Assembly: GCA_031835245.2 (NCBI GenBank)
Contig: JAVKOQ020000014.1
Coordinates: forward strand, 372,001 to 413,836
Direction of reading: 5' to 3'
Source: Balamuthia mandrillaris
Taxonomy: Eukaryota
DNA: 41,836 nt
Positions 11,338 to 20,501 of this stretch are shown here, one piece after another (position 1 is the stretch's first letter; every line of letters starts with the position of its first letter). A program made the position numbers and the translations under genes. The notes below the pieces were generated by a model, which did no database searches, was not told the origin of the DNA, and was given only the letters and a program-made list of their open reading frames with translations.

Positions 11338-12051
11338 TCACTGGTTGACAATGGAGTAACCATGCTGTCTGTTCGTGGTTCGCCAAGAGGTGAAAAGAGC
11401 AATGGAGGTGCCAACCAAGAACGGCCAGGCCAGGAGGGCAATCCACCACCCCACTGGAGCCCACACCAGCTTGATGTTGCTTACGATTTGTTCTGATAGC
11501 TTGAGTTCCCTCTCATCATGGCCGATGAAGCTGTCCCAGGGCCCATGCGTAGGCTCTGTCATATAACTCACGCTGGCCTTCCAAGCACTGGGCAGGAGGG
11601 CCGCAAAGATGATGATGGCCGTTGTCAACCCTATAACGCCGAAACAGGAGAAGTGGAAAGCAGCCTTTGCGAACAATGCAGTTCGGGGGGAAGAAACCTT
11701 CATCCAGCAACATCGGGCGGAGGTGATTATGGCGGCCAACAAGGTCATGACGGTGGTGAAGAGCATGAGGAAGAAGGTCGGAGCGAAAACTATTACCAAC
11801 CGGAGGTCGTTGTCCCCCCAGAACGCGTGCACGTCTCCATCCCCACAGACAAGTTCATGGTCGAGGTCTCCGGAGGAGGTGCACACAGCATGAGCCCAGA
11901 AGAAAACATTGGTCGCTGTAAAGTCCCCTCCGCCAGCGTTTTTAACCTGCACACTTGTGAGGTACCAAGGAATGATCAAGGAGAGGAAGAGCAAGGCCGA
12001 AGCGGTCCAACCGAGGTAGCTTCCCCAGACGTTGCTCCTTGTTAACAACAT
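11338..12051 (-). CDS. 4-TM claudin/amastin-like protein, copy 3
   Basis: 237-aa ORF with the family motifs; ends GYSIVNQ. Confidence 0.87.
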   Translation of the reverse strand: MLLTRSNVWGSYLGWTASALLFLSLIIPWYLTSVQVKNAGGGDFTATNVFFWAHAVCTSSGDLDHELVCGDGDVHAFWGDNDLRLVIVFAPTFFLMLFTTVMTLLAAIITSARCCWMKVSSPRTALFAKAAFHFSCFGVIGLTTAIIIFAALLPSAWKASVSYMTEPTHGPWDSFIGHDERELKLSEQIVSNIKLVWAPVGWWIALLAWPFLVGTSIALFTSWRTTNRQHGYSIVNQ

Positions 12052-12729
12052 CGGTGGTTGTTGTTTGTCTTTTGGTCGGTGCGATTGACTGTTGTTGTTG
12101 CTATGGTCTGGCCAAAGAGACTCTGTGATGAAGCGTTATTTAAAGAAGAGCCACAAGGCAGTACAACGGAAAATGGAGATGAAGTATCAACCCAAGAAAA
12201 CGGAGGAGAATATCTACCCAAGTAACTCCATAACTCAACAACCAATCAAGAGATGCATTGTTCAATAATGAATCTTCGCGTAACGATTCTGTGATCCTTT
12301 CGTCAACAGCAGTTAAACACAAAAGTGGAGGTTAGTGCCCTCTTACTTCTCTTCTCGATGCTTTCCCAATTGTTTGCAATAAACATGTGAAACCGTTGAA
12401 TGAGCTTTCAACCGGGCTTTATACATTGACTGTCCTTCTCTGGGATCGGACTGCCTGAGCCTTCCTTATCAGTGGGTGTTCGGAACAGTCCGATCACCCG
12501 CCTGAGTTTTGAACGCCTAGTGTTCATAATATTTTTAAAGAACAAACCGCGCTCGGAACACTCGTTTACTCTGGTCACCCGCCTGAGTTCACTCCACCCT
12601 TTTCTCATGTAACATCACCTCAAAAGACTGTTTCCAAAGTATTCCTCAATGTTTCTCTACTCTCTTCTTTCCGTAACACAAACAAAAGTGTAAGCACAAA
12701 GCTAATGTTATTGTTAGATAAATCTTTTC

Positions 12730-13404
12730 TCAGTTGATGAGGGAGTAACCCCTCTCTCTCGCCTTGAAAGCGAAGAAGAGAGCGATGGAGGTGGCCAGGA
12801 AGAACGGCCATGCAAACAGTGCCAACCACCACCCCACTGGCGCCCAGGTCTGCTCGAACGTGCTCCCGTCTCCCTCGTCCGTGTGACTGCCGATGAAGCT
12901 GTCCCAGGGTCCTGGGTATTTGGAACCGCCTTGTTTCCAGCCGAGAGGAGAAGTGGCCGCAAAAACAACGATGGCGATGGTGAGCAAGCCCAAGCCCAAT
13001 GCTCCACAGAGGCAGACTGCTGTGGTGAGCGCAGCAGAGGTGGAAGAACCCGCTCTCACGCAACAACAACGAACGGAGAAGAAGAGGGCCACCACGAGAG
13101 CAAAGATGGTGGCGAAGAGCATGAGGAACAAGGTGGGAGCGTAGATAGCAGCGAAGCGGTTGTTTTGGTTCTCAGTCCAGAAATTCACCACGGGCTCCGT
13201 GCAGACATCAGAACCGCAATCGTCGGAGGCGGCGCAGACCATGTGAGCCCAGAAGAAAACCATTCTGACACCGCAGCCTTCCTCACCATCCATTTTTCCA
13301 ACGGAACTCCAGATGTACCAGGGTACGACCAAGGAGACGAAGAGCAGGACCAGAGCAGTCCAGCTGAAGCACGTGCCGTAGATGTTATTCTTGGTGGCTG
13401 GCAT
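12730..13404 (-). CDS. 4-TM claudin/amastin-like protein, copy 4
   Basis: Start MPATKNN at 13404; family motifs present; ends GYSLIN. Confidence 0.87.
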   Translation of the reverse strand: MPATKNNIYGTCFSWTALVLLFVSLVVPWYIWSSVGKMDGEEGCGVRMVFFWAHMVCAASDDCGSDVCTEPVVNFWTENQNNRFAAIYAPTLFLMLFATIFALVVALFFSVRCCCVRAGSSTSAALTTAVCLCGALGLGLLTIAIVVFAATSPLGWKQGGSKYPGPWDSFIGSHTDEGDGSTFEQTWAPVGWWLALFAWPFFLATSIALFFAFKARERGYSLIN

Positions 13405-13865
13405 TCTCAAGCGTACGAGGGAGAGAAGGCAAAAGAAAGCAAGTGTAACGGAGTTGTTTTTTTTTGTTTGAAAAGCTGCGTCGCAGGTAATCCGCAGCTT
13501 TGGCTATAGTAGTGTTGTTTGTCAAGCTTGTTAGGTTAGTAACAAAACAGAAAAAATAAAAAGGATGAGAAACGCACAGAAATACTAACACCACCAAGGG
13601 GGAAAAAGTCAAAAACCAGAATTGGCCGTGGAGCTTTCTTGGTGGTTGAGTTTAAATGAATGAATCACTCGAGGTTCTCGTGTTGCCTCGAGGCGCACGA
13701 TGAGGCAACGAAACAAGCATTCTTGGCCATTGATCCGAAGCGGGGGTTAGCCGGAGAGATATGATACGACAGCCCATGGTTGGTAGTGGCAAAACTCTCG
13801 CCCGTTGCTTTTGGATTGGGACGGAGAAAACTGGGTTTCTCTCTTTCTTTCAACCATAAACTCTC

Positions 13866-14057
13866 TTATCTCAGTCTCCTTTTTCCTTTTCCTTGGTGTT
13901 GGTCATAGATGAGAGCCAATACTCGTCCTACATCGCCAAGAAGGAGACAGCCTGGCTGAGCAACGCTTTGCGGAAGAAGCTTCCGTTTAAACAACGCGCC
14001 GAGAAAACCTGCCAATAACGCAATGATGGCGGCTAGAAGCAGAAGGAACAAGGTGGT
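13866..14057 (-). pseudogene. Degenerate fragment of the 4-TM family (TM2-TM3 region)
   Basis: TTLFLLLLAAIIALLAGFL...CLLLGDVGRVL resembles PTLFLMLFATIFALVVALF...CLCGALGLVL. It has no ATG and is bounded by stops. Confidence 0.45.
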
Positions 14058-14134
14058 CTATTTGAGCTTAGGCATGAAAGCAGACAACGATGCAGCAACA
14101 GGAAGAGGAGAGAAAGAGCCAAACACATCTTCTC

Positions 14135-14830
14135 TTAGTTGTTGAAGAGGGAGTAACCCCTCAGTCTCGCCTTGAAAGCGAAGAAGAGAGCGATGGTGGT
14201 GGCCAAGAAGAACGGCCATGCAACAAGCGCAAACCACCACCCCACTGGCGCCCAGGTCACTTCGAGCTTGCTTCCCTCGTCCTCCAACGTGTGACTGCCG
14301 ATGAAGCTGTCCCAAGGTCCTGGCATGAAGTATGTGAGAATTTGCTCCCAGCCGAGAGGAGCAGTGGCCGCAAACACAACAATGGCCACGGTGAGCAAGA
14401 CCAAGCCCAATGCTCCACAGAGGCAGACTGCCGTGGTGAGCGCAGCAGAGGTGGAAGAACCCGTTTTCATGCAACAACAACGGACGGAGAAGAAGAGGGC
14501 CACCACGAGAGCAAAGATGGTGGCGAAGAGCATGAGGAACAAGGTGGGAGCGTAGACAGCGGCGAAGTGGTTGTCTTGGTTCTCAGTCCAGAAATTCACG
14601 GGCTCCGGGCAGACATAAGAACCGCAATCGTCGGAGGCGGTGCAGACCATGTGAGCCCAGAAGAAAAGTGTTCTCGTAGTACAGCTTTCCCCATCAGCTG
14701 AGGAAAAACTAAAAGTCAAGGTGTACCAGGGTACGACCAAGGAGACGAAGAGCAGGACCAGAGCAGTCCAACTGAAGCACGTGCCGTAGATGTTATTCTT
14801 GGTGGCTGGCATTCTTCCGTTTGTTGTCAT
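14135..14830 (-). CDS. 4-TM claudin/amastin-like protein, copy 5
   Basis: 231-aa ORF, closest paralogue of copy 4; ends GYSLFNN. Confidence 0.87.
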   Translation of the reverse strand: MTTNGRMPATKNNIYGTCFSWTALVLLFVSLVVPWYTLTFSFSSADGESCTTRTLFFWAHMVCTASDDCGSYVCPEPVNFWTENQDNHFAAVYAPTLFLMLFATIFALVVALFFSVRCCCMKTGSSTSAALTTAVCLCGALGLVLLTVAIVVFAATAPLGWEQILTYFMPGPWDSFIGSHTLEDEGSKLEVTWAPVGWWFALVAWPFFLATTIALFFAFKARLRGYSLFNN

Positions 14831-15211
14831 GAGAGAAGGCCAAGGAAAGTTAAGGCAGATTCGAGGTGTAACAGAGAGTTTTGTTTGAAAAGCTGCGTCG
14901 CAGGTAATCCGCAGCTTTGGCTCTTGTTGTGTTGTTTGTGGAGGGTAACAAGGAAAAAATAAAAATAAAAACAGAACAACAAAGCTAAAAACTTATAGGG
15001 GGCTTCTGGCGACTAGTTAAAAAAAAACCAAAAACTTTTCTTCTTCCTCGAGGACCATTTTCTCAGGCGACCTCGAAAAGCTAGCTTAGCTATTCCACTC
15101 CACACACGCACACAAGGCCAAAACTTCGTGAAATGGTTGGTTGGTTTGTATTGTGTGCCCCAGGTGGGAAAGACACGTGGCTCAACACTTTTGTTTCAGT
15201 GCTATTCATTT

Positions 15212-15258
15212 GCGTCTTACAGCGTCTTACAGCGTCTTACAGCGTCTTACAGCGTCTT
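15212..15258. repeat. 10-bp tandem repeat (AGCGTCTTAC) x ~4.7
   Basis: Directly visible. Confidence 0.92.
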
Positions 15259-15950
15259 GTGGGTTCTTCTGCTAAAATCAGCTTCAACGCGACTTTGTGG
15301 GTCCCATAACCTATCTCTTTGTTTTCGCTGCGACAAGAAAGCGAACGTTGCCGCTAGCTTTCTTCTTCTTCCTTTGCGTTCTTATTTTTTTTCGAGCTTG
15401 ATAGCACCATTGAGACGTGAAGGCGACGGCGGATGTGAACATAAAGACGAATGCAAAGGCGAACCGCATGGACGTTGTCACCATCATACTCCACATCGCC
15501 ACCTTCAAAGGCCACATCTCCACCAGCTTTATGCTATCGCTCTTTTTCTTGCAGATCCTTTCTTCTCTTCCGTGCCAATGGGTTCTTCTATTTCTGTACG
15601 TGCTCGGTGATTACGCTCCGAGGCAGCTTTTTTGTGCTCGCTGTCTTAGCTTAGCTTGAGCTTCTTCTTGTTTTTTTTGTAGAGTAAAGTATTGTATATG
15701 GAGCAAAGCAGCACCCCCAACCATCCTTCCGCTTTTCCTTCCTTGCTCACCCCCTTTTCCTCAAGAAAAAGAGGTTTTATGGTTGAAGAATTGCAGCAAC
15801 AAAAAAAGGGAGAAAGGGAGGGAAAAGGAAGAAGAGAAAACGCAGCAACAAGACGCTTTTCCGCACGTTTTGCAACGAACTGCGACACAACAAGCATTCC
15901 GGCTGCCTCATCGTTGGTGAACAAAAAGGAGAAGGAAGGAGATAGGATAT

Positions 15951-16643
15951 TTAATGGTTGATAATGGAGTAACCGGCTTCTCGGTGTCCCGATCGAAAAG
16001 CAACGGCGAGAGCGATGGTAGTGCCAACCATGAAAGGCCAGCCAACGAGGGCGAACCACCAGCCCACCGGAGCCCATGCTGAGGTCTCAAGAAGCCCACT
16101 GGCTAGCTCCGCTTTGTTGTGGCCGATGAAGCTGTCCCAAGGGCCCTTTAAGGTCTGTGTCTCGTCGTTCACGTTGGCCTTCCAAGCATTGGGCAAAGCG
16201 GCGGCGAAAAGAATGATGGCCACGGTGAGCACCAGCACGCCCAAAACGGCCAAGATGAGGGCAGCCTTGGTGAGCAACGCTGTTCGGGAGGAAGAACCAT
16301 TCATGCAACAACAACGGGCGGAGAAGACCAAGGCGGCCGACAAGGCGATGATGGTGGCAAAGAGCATGAGGAAGAAGGTCGGAGCGAAGACTGTCCCAAA
16401 GTGGTTGTCCTTCTCTCCCCAGAATGCGATAACTTTGTTACCGCATCCGTTCTCGCACGCGGCGGAGGAGGAGCACACGGTGTGAGCCCAGAAAAAGAAC
16501 AGAGCAGTCGAGCAGTCTTCGGCATAGATACTTTCGATCTTTGCTGTGGCGAGGTACCAGGGGATGACTAAGGAGAGGAAGAGCAAGATAAGGGCGGTCC
16601 ATCCAAGGCAGCTCCCGCATACATTGTTGGCTGTGGCGGACAT
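15951..16643 (-). CDS. 4-TM claudin/amastin-like protein, copy 6
   Basis: 230-aa ORF with the family motifs; ends GYSIINH. Confidence 0.87.
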   Translation of the reverse strand: MSATANNVCGSCLGWTALILLFLSLVIPWYLATAKIESIYAEDCSTALFFFWAHTVCSSSAACENGCGNKVIAFWGEKDNHFGTVFAPTFFLMLFATIIALSAALVFSARCCCMNGSSSRTALLTKAALILAVLGVLVLTVAIILFAAALPNAWKANVNDETQTLKGPWDSFIGHNKAELASGLLETSAWAPVGWWFALVGWPFMVGTTIALAVAFRSGHREAGYSIINH

Positions 16644-17452
16644 TTTGGGGTTTGTTGGTTGGTTTGTTGTCTACTGTTGCGTGTTATGCAAGAGGGAACA
16701 GGCCCCAATGCTACCAAAAGCTGCTCGTTTTATGGTACCGTAAAGACGCGAGGCCAATGGAAACCGCACCGCACTGCTTTCTTTTTAACCTTGCGTTACC
16801 GCATCCCCGTCCCCGAAGGACTTTTCTTTCTTTTGAACTACTTGTTTCGTGGTCGGATCCCTGCCTCATGGTTTCACTACTCGGTGGGGGCACGTTCTCT
16901 CGGACTAATTACCGAATGTCAGGTGTAACGCACTAACAAACAAGACCCTGGCTTATGTCAGCCAACCCAACCCTTCTACTTCTCGCCCCCCTTGCTCACC
17001 GAAGGGGTGAAGAGAGAAAACGCTGAGCCAGCATAGGGCTTGAGTAGCACTTGAAAGTCAACGAGAACAAAATAACATACGAAGCCCTGTTGGAGGAGGA
17101 AGAGAGAGGAAAACCGACCCACCGTTTTCGGTTGAATATTCTCAACAAAAGGCTGGTATTGGGGTGAAACTTCTCCCTTGAGGGTTCCAGGGAGCCTTCA
17201 AAGCACACCACAGCGTACGAATTCGTGGCCCTTTTGGGAGAGTTTTCTGGGAGTTCCTCGGCAGCTCCACAGGCACAAACAGCCAATAGAGCAGAAAGTT
17301 CAAACAGAGTCAACGCCACAGAAACCTTCGTCTGTATTCCCCTTTCATTTCTCTCTTTCCATTGCCTCTTTCCTTCTCCATTCGCACCCTTTTAGTCCGC
17401 CTTTACACATGGATTTTCCGTATTGCATTGCTTATTCTCTCCATTCCATCCC

Positions 17453-17460
17453 TATATAAA
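17453..17460 (+). promoter_or_regulatory. TATA box of the Dps-like gene
   Basis: TATATAAA, with an Inr-like TCATT ~30 bp downstream and ACCATGG at the start codon (17603). Confidence 0.6.
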
Positions 17461-17602
17461 CCCTTGCTCTCCGTTCCACCATTTCAACTTCATTCGCTTG
17501 CACACACTCACAGCAAAAGCAACACACACAAACACACACAAAAGCAAAGCGCTTTCTTTCGACCCACCACCACCACCACTTCAACACCGATACCATATCA
17601 CC

Positions 17603-18343
17603 ATGGCAGAATTCAGATTGGAGACCCAATCCATCAGGCCCAACGTGGGCATGGACCAACAGGAAGTCCACCAGTGCGGCGACGTCCTCAGCAAGCTCTT
17701 TGCGGACCAGTGGGTGCTGGCCACCAAGTCCCTGAACTGCAAGCACAACGTGCTGGGCAAGCGCCGGGAGATGCTCAAGGACCTCTTCAAGGTGATCAAC
17801 AAGAACTTCATCATCTCCACGGAGATCACGGGCAAGGAGCTGAGGAACCTGGGCTTCCGTGTGCCTCACCTCCCTGAGATGCTGGAGCTGACCAGGATCT
17901 CCCCCTCCCCCAGGGGCGAGAAGTGGCCCGACGCGGACACCATGGTGAGCAACCTGCTGGAGGACGTGGAGAGGGTCATCCAGGTGCTCTACAAAGATAC
18001 CATCAGGTTCGAGAAGCAGGACATCAAGGCCCCTGATGTGGAGGACTTCCTGGAGGACACCCTGAGGAACCACAAGGAGATCGCCAAGAAGCTGCGCTGC
18101 CACCTGGAGCAGAAGGGCGGCGTCAGCGGACGCTACGGAGGCGGCGGCTACGGAGAGAAGGGCCGCGGTTGGGAGAAGAGCGGCATCAGCGGCGGTGGCG
18201 GCTACGAGCGTGGCGAGAAGGGCCGCGGTTGGGAGAAGAGCGGCATCAGCGGCGGCGGCGGCGGCTACGAGCGTGGCGGCTTCGGCGAGAAGAGCGGCAG
18301 CAGCGGCTACGAGCGTAGCAGCTATGGCGGCCGCTACTGGTAA
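17603..18343 (+). CDS. Dps/mini-ferritin-like protein (ferroxidase site degenerate) with a Gly/Tyr/Arg-rich repeat tail
   Basis: 246 aa, intronless, strong C/G-ending codon bias. RPNVGM..., LSKLFADQWVLATKSLNCKHNVLG, ELRNLG, MLELTRI, PDADTMVSNLLED and DFLE...HKEIAKKLRCHL follow the bacterial Dps consensus along the whole domain. Confidence 0.85.
   Translation: MAEFRLETQSIRPNVGMDQQEVHQCGDVLSKLFADQWVLATKSLNCKHNVLGKRREMLKDLFKVINKNFIISTEITGKELRNLGFRVPHLPEMLELTRISPSPRGEKWPDADTMVSNLLEDVERVIQVLYKDTIRFEKQDIKAPDVEDFLEDTLRNHKEIAKKLRCHLEQKGGVSGRYGGGGYGEKGRGWEKSGISGGGGYERGEKGRGWEKSGISGGGGGYERGGFGEKSGSSGYERSSYGGRYW
18155..18277 (+). repeat. Coding 60-bp tandem duplication (EKGRGWEKSGISGGGGYERG x2)
   Basis: Units start at 18155 and 18215; the second has one extra GGC. 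Confidence 0.93.
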
Positions 18344-18559
18344 AGCCTTGCCAGCAAAAGAGAAGAGCAGCGCTCTGCCTCTCTTCTTGATTTTCCTTTT
18401 CTGAGGCTGCTGACGTATTTTCGTCGACATTTATCGACATTTGTTTCCTTTTATAAATAAACTATGAGTAATTGTCGATAGAAATTCAATAATATTGGCC
18501 AACAATATTTTTGTCGACGCAAGAAAGAAAGTAGCAGAAGAAGAAGAGAGAGAGGAGAG

Positions 18560-20060
18560 ATGAAGAAGAACCACAGTGGTGGGAGTGGTGGTGTTGGCAA
18601 CACCAATGCAACCGCCCAAACCAAGAGTCGGAAGGCGTTGAGCAACGTGACCTCTCAGATGAGACAAAAGCAGCAACAGCAGCAGAAAGAGCAGAAACGT
18701 CCGGACAAAAAACAACGGATTGAGCTGCACTACCCTTGCCTTTACATGCGGCAGGAGCTTAAAGACTCTTGGCTTCATCGTACGCTTAGCAAACGTACCT
18801 CCACACCTTTTTTTTTCCACTCGTTCTGTTCGTTCTTGTTTGTTATTCATTTGTATACAAAAGATAATGTGAAGGTGATATGTAGAGACGGACTCGACGT
18901 CGATCTGTTGCTGTCGGCCAATGACTGCGCCGTCGCTTGCTTCAAAGAGTCGACTATGCCTGATTCGTTGTCTGGTTTAGAGCGACAGCTTCAAGCCTTC
19001 AAAAATGTACACATACATGGTTCCGCCTTTTCCTTTTGGGCCCTCTTGTCGTTTCGTTGTTCGTCGCTCGCTTGTTCTTCTCTTTTTCTTTTTCTTTTTC
19101 TTTTTCTTTTTCTTTTTCTTTTTCTTTTTCTTTTTCTTTTTCTTTTTCTTTTTCTTTTTCTTTTTCTTTTTTCTTTTTTCTTTTTTCTTTTTTCTTTTCT
19201 TTTTCATGTCTTTTTTTTTCTTATTTTTCTTTTGCTTTTTGCTTTTTTCTTTTTGTTTTCATGTCTTTCTCGCTTTTTTTTAATGTTTTGTTTTTTGTGT
19301 TACCGGCGGTTAACCCAAAAAAAAAAAAAGCACGCCGCTGGTCTAGTCTTGTTCTCGTTGACGAGTACGACACAGGCTTGGTTTCACGAGTTCCAAATGC
19401 ACGTTGTCCTTGAACTGGGTAAGTTCATGTTTGTTGTTTGTTTATGCGTGGGCTTGCAAATACTTACTGGTGGATGGAAACTAGGCTATCGCTTCATTCC
19501 TTTCTCATCAGAAACAGAGTTGGCCAAATACCTCGCTATCTCGGTTCTTCCTCCTACTTGTCCTTTGCTTCTCTCCGTCGGTTTGCTTTTTTGCTGACAA
19601 GTTCTTTGATCTTTGTTATTCTTCATCTCCTTCTCCTTCTTTATCCAGCTAAGAACGGCAAGTGCACAAAACGAACAAATCACGTATGACACAGCACAAC
19701 TGCGGGTACCCCCCGAAGCTGTACTGCGAACGGCCAGCACCATTCCAAAGGTTAAAAATAAGGCACCCAAGCTTCTAGCCGAGTTTGGAGGTTTGTACCT
19801 TTCATCATATTTTTTTGTTCCTTCGATAATCATTCCTCTCATTTCCTGTTCCATGCTTTCGTTCTTCTAGCGTTAAGCACACTCGCCAACGCAGGTCCAG
19901 AGGTAAGCCAACGTTTTCCTTTGCTTATCTGCTTCTTGATGTACATCATTTAACGTTTTCGCAACAGGACTTGGCATCAGTGGACGGGTTAGGCCCGGCC
20001 ACTACACAACATATTTACGATTTCTTTCACAACTCATTTCACTCAGAGTATTCCATGTGA
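18560..20060 (+). CDS. FAAP24: FAAP24 homologue (ERCC4-like pseudo-nuclease plus HhH2), multi-exon
   Basis: The spliced product contains DSWLHRTLS..VKVICRDGLDVDLLLS, TQAWFHEFQMHVVLELG, EAVLRTASTIPKVKNKAPKLLAEFG and LANA..DLASVDGLGPATTQHIYDFF. These are colinear with human FAAP24 as recalled (IKLIFEDGLTPDFYLS; YFPALQKFTVLDLG; LLRTVQQIPGVGKVKAPLLLQKF). TGA at 20058-20060. Confidence 0.8.
19080..19205. repeat. Intronic (CTTTTT)n microsatellite
   Basis: Directly visible inside a FAAP24 intron. Confidence 0.9.
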
Positions 20061-20501
20061 TAAGTTACACAAGATACAGCCTTAGTTTGTTTGTGTGTTG
20101 AAAACATTTGGAAGCGTACCCTATAAGAATCCCCATAGCTCGGCCTTGCTGAATGTAAGCTGTGCTCCCAACAACGGAGGACTTGCCAACAGCAGAAGAG
20201 CTCCTGGCCAGTTTGCAACTCGCGACGTTTCATTTTGGGTGCTATGTTGTATCATATGAGAGTGCACTCCCTCCCACCCCAACTATTATTTCTGTTAACG
20301 TAATTAATATGGCAGGTGATCGGCCATTTGAAACTATTGGTGGCGAGTTTTCTACTACAGAACAAATTTCCGACGCTCTCTCCTTTTAAACCATTCGTAT
20401 TGCTGTGGCTATCCTCGCTTCTCATCAACCTTGCCCTTCCTTTTTTTGGTGGGACGCAAAGCTAAAAGAAAAAATACGCAGAAAAGACGAGCAGTAGTTC
20501 A

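Noticed and set aside
12494..12589. CRISPR-like repeat-spacer-repeat
   Set aside because: Only two 15-bp copies, no cas genes, and a eukaryotic context.
15311..15659. Short ORFs on both strands between copies 5 and 6
   Set aside because: No convincing frame, motif or splice support; left unannotated.
16996..17319. ORF with a signal-peptide-like start
   Set aside because: Non-ATG start, no codon bias, no homology recognised.
17603..18343. Bacterial contamination as the source of the Dps gene
   Set aside because: It is embedded between eukaryotic genes, with a TATA box, Kozak-like start and codon usage like the AP3S gene.
17432..18430. 332-aa minus-strand ORF
   Set aside because: Antisense shadow of the GC3-biased Dps-like gene.
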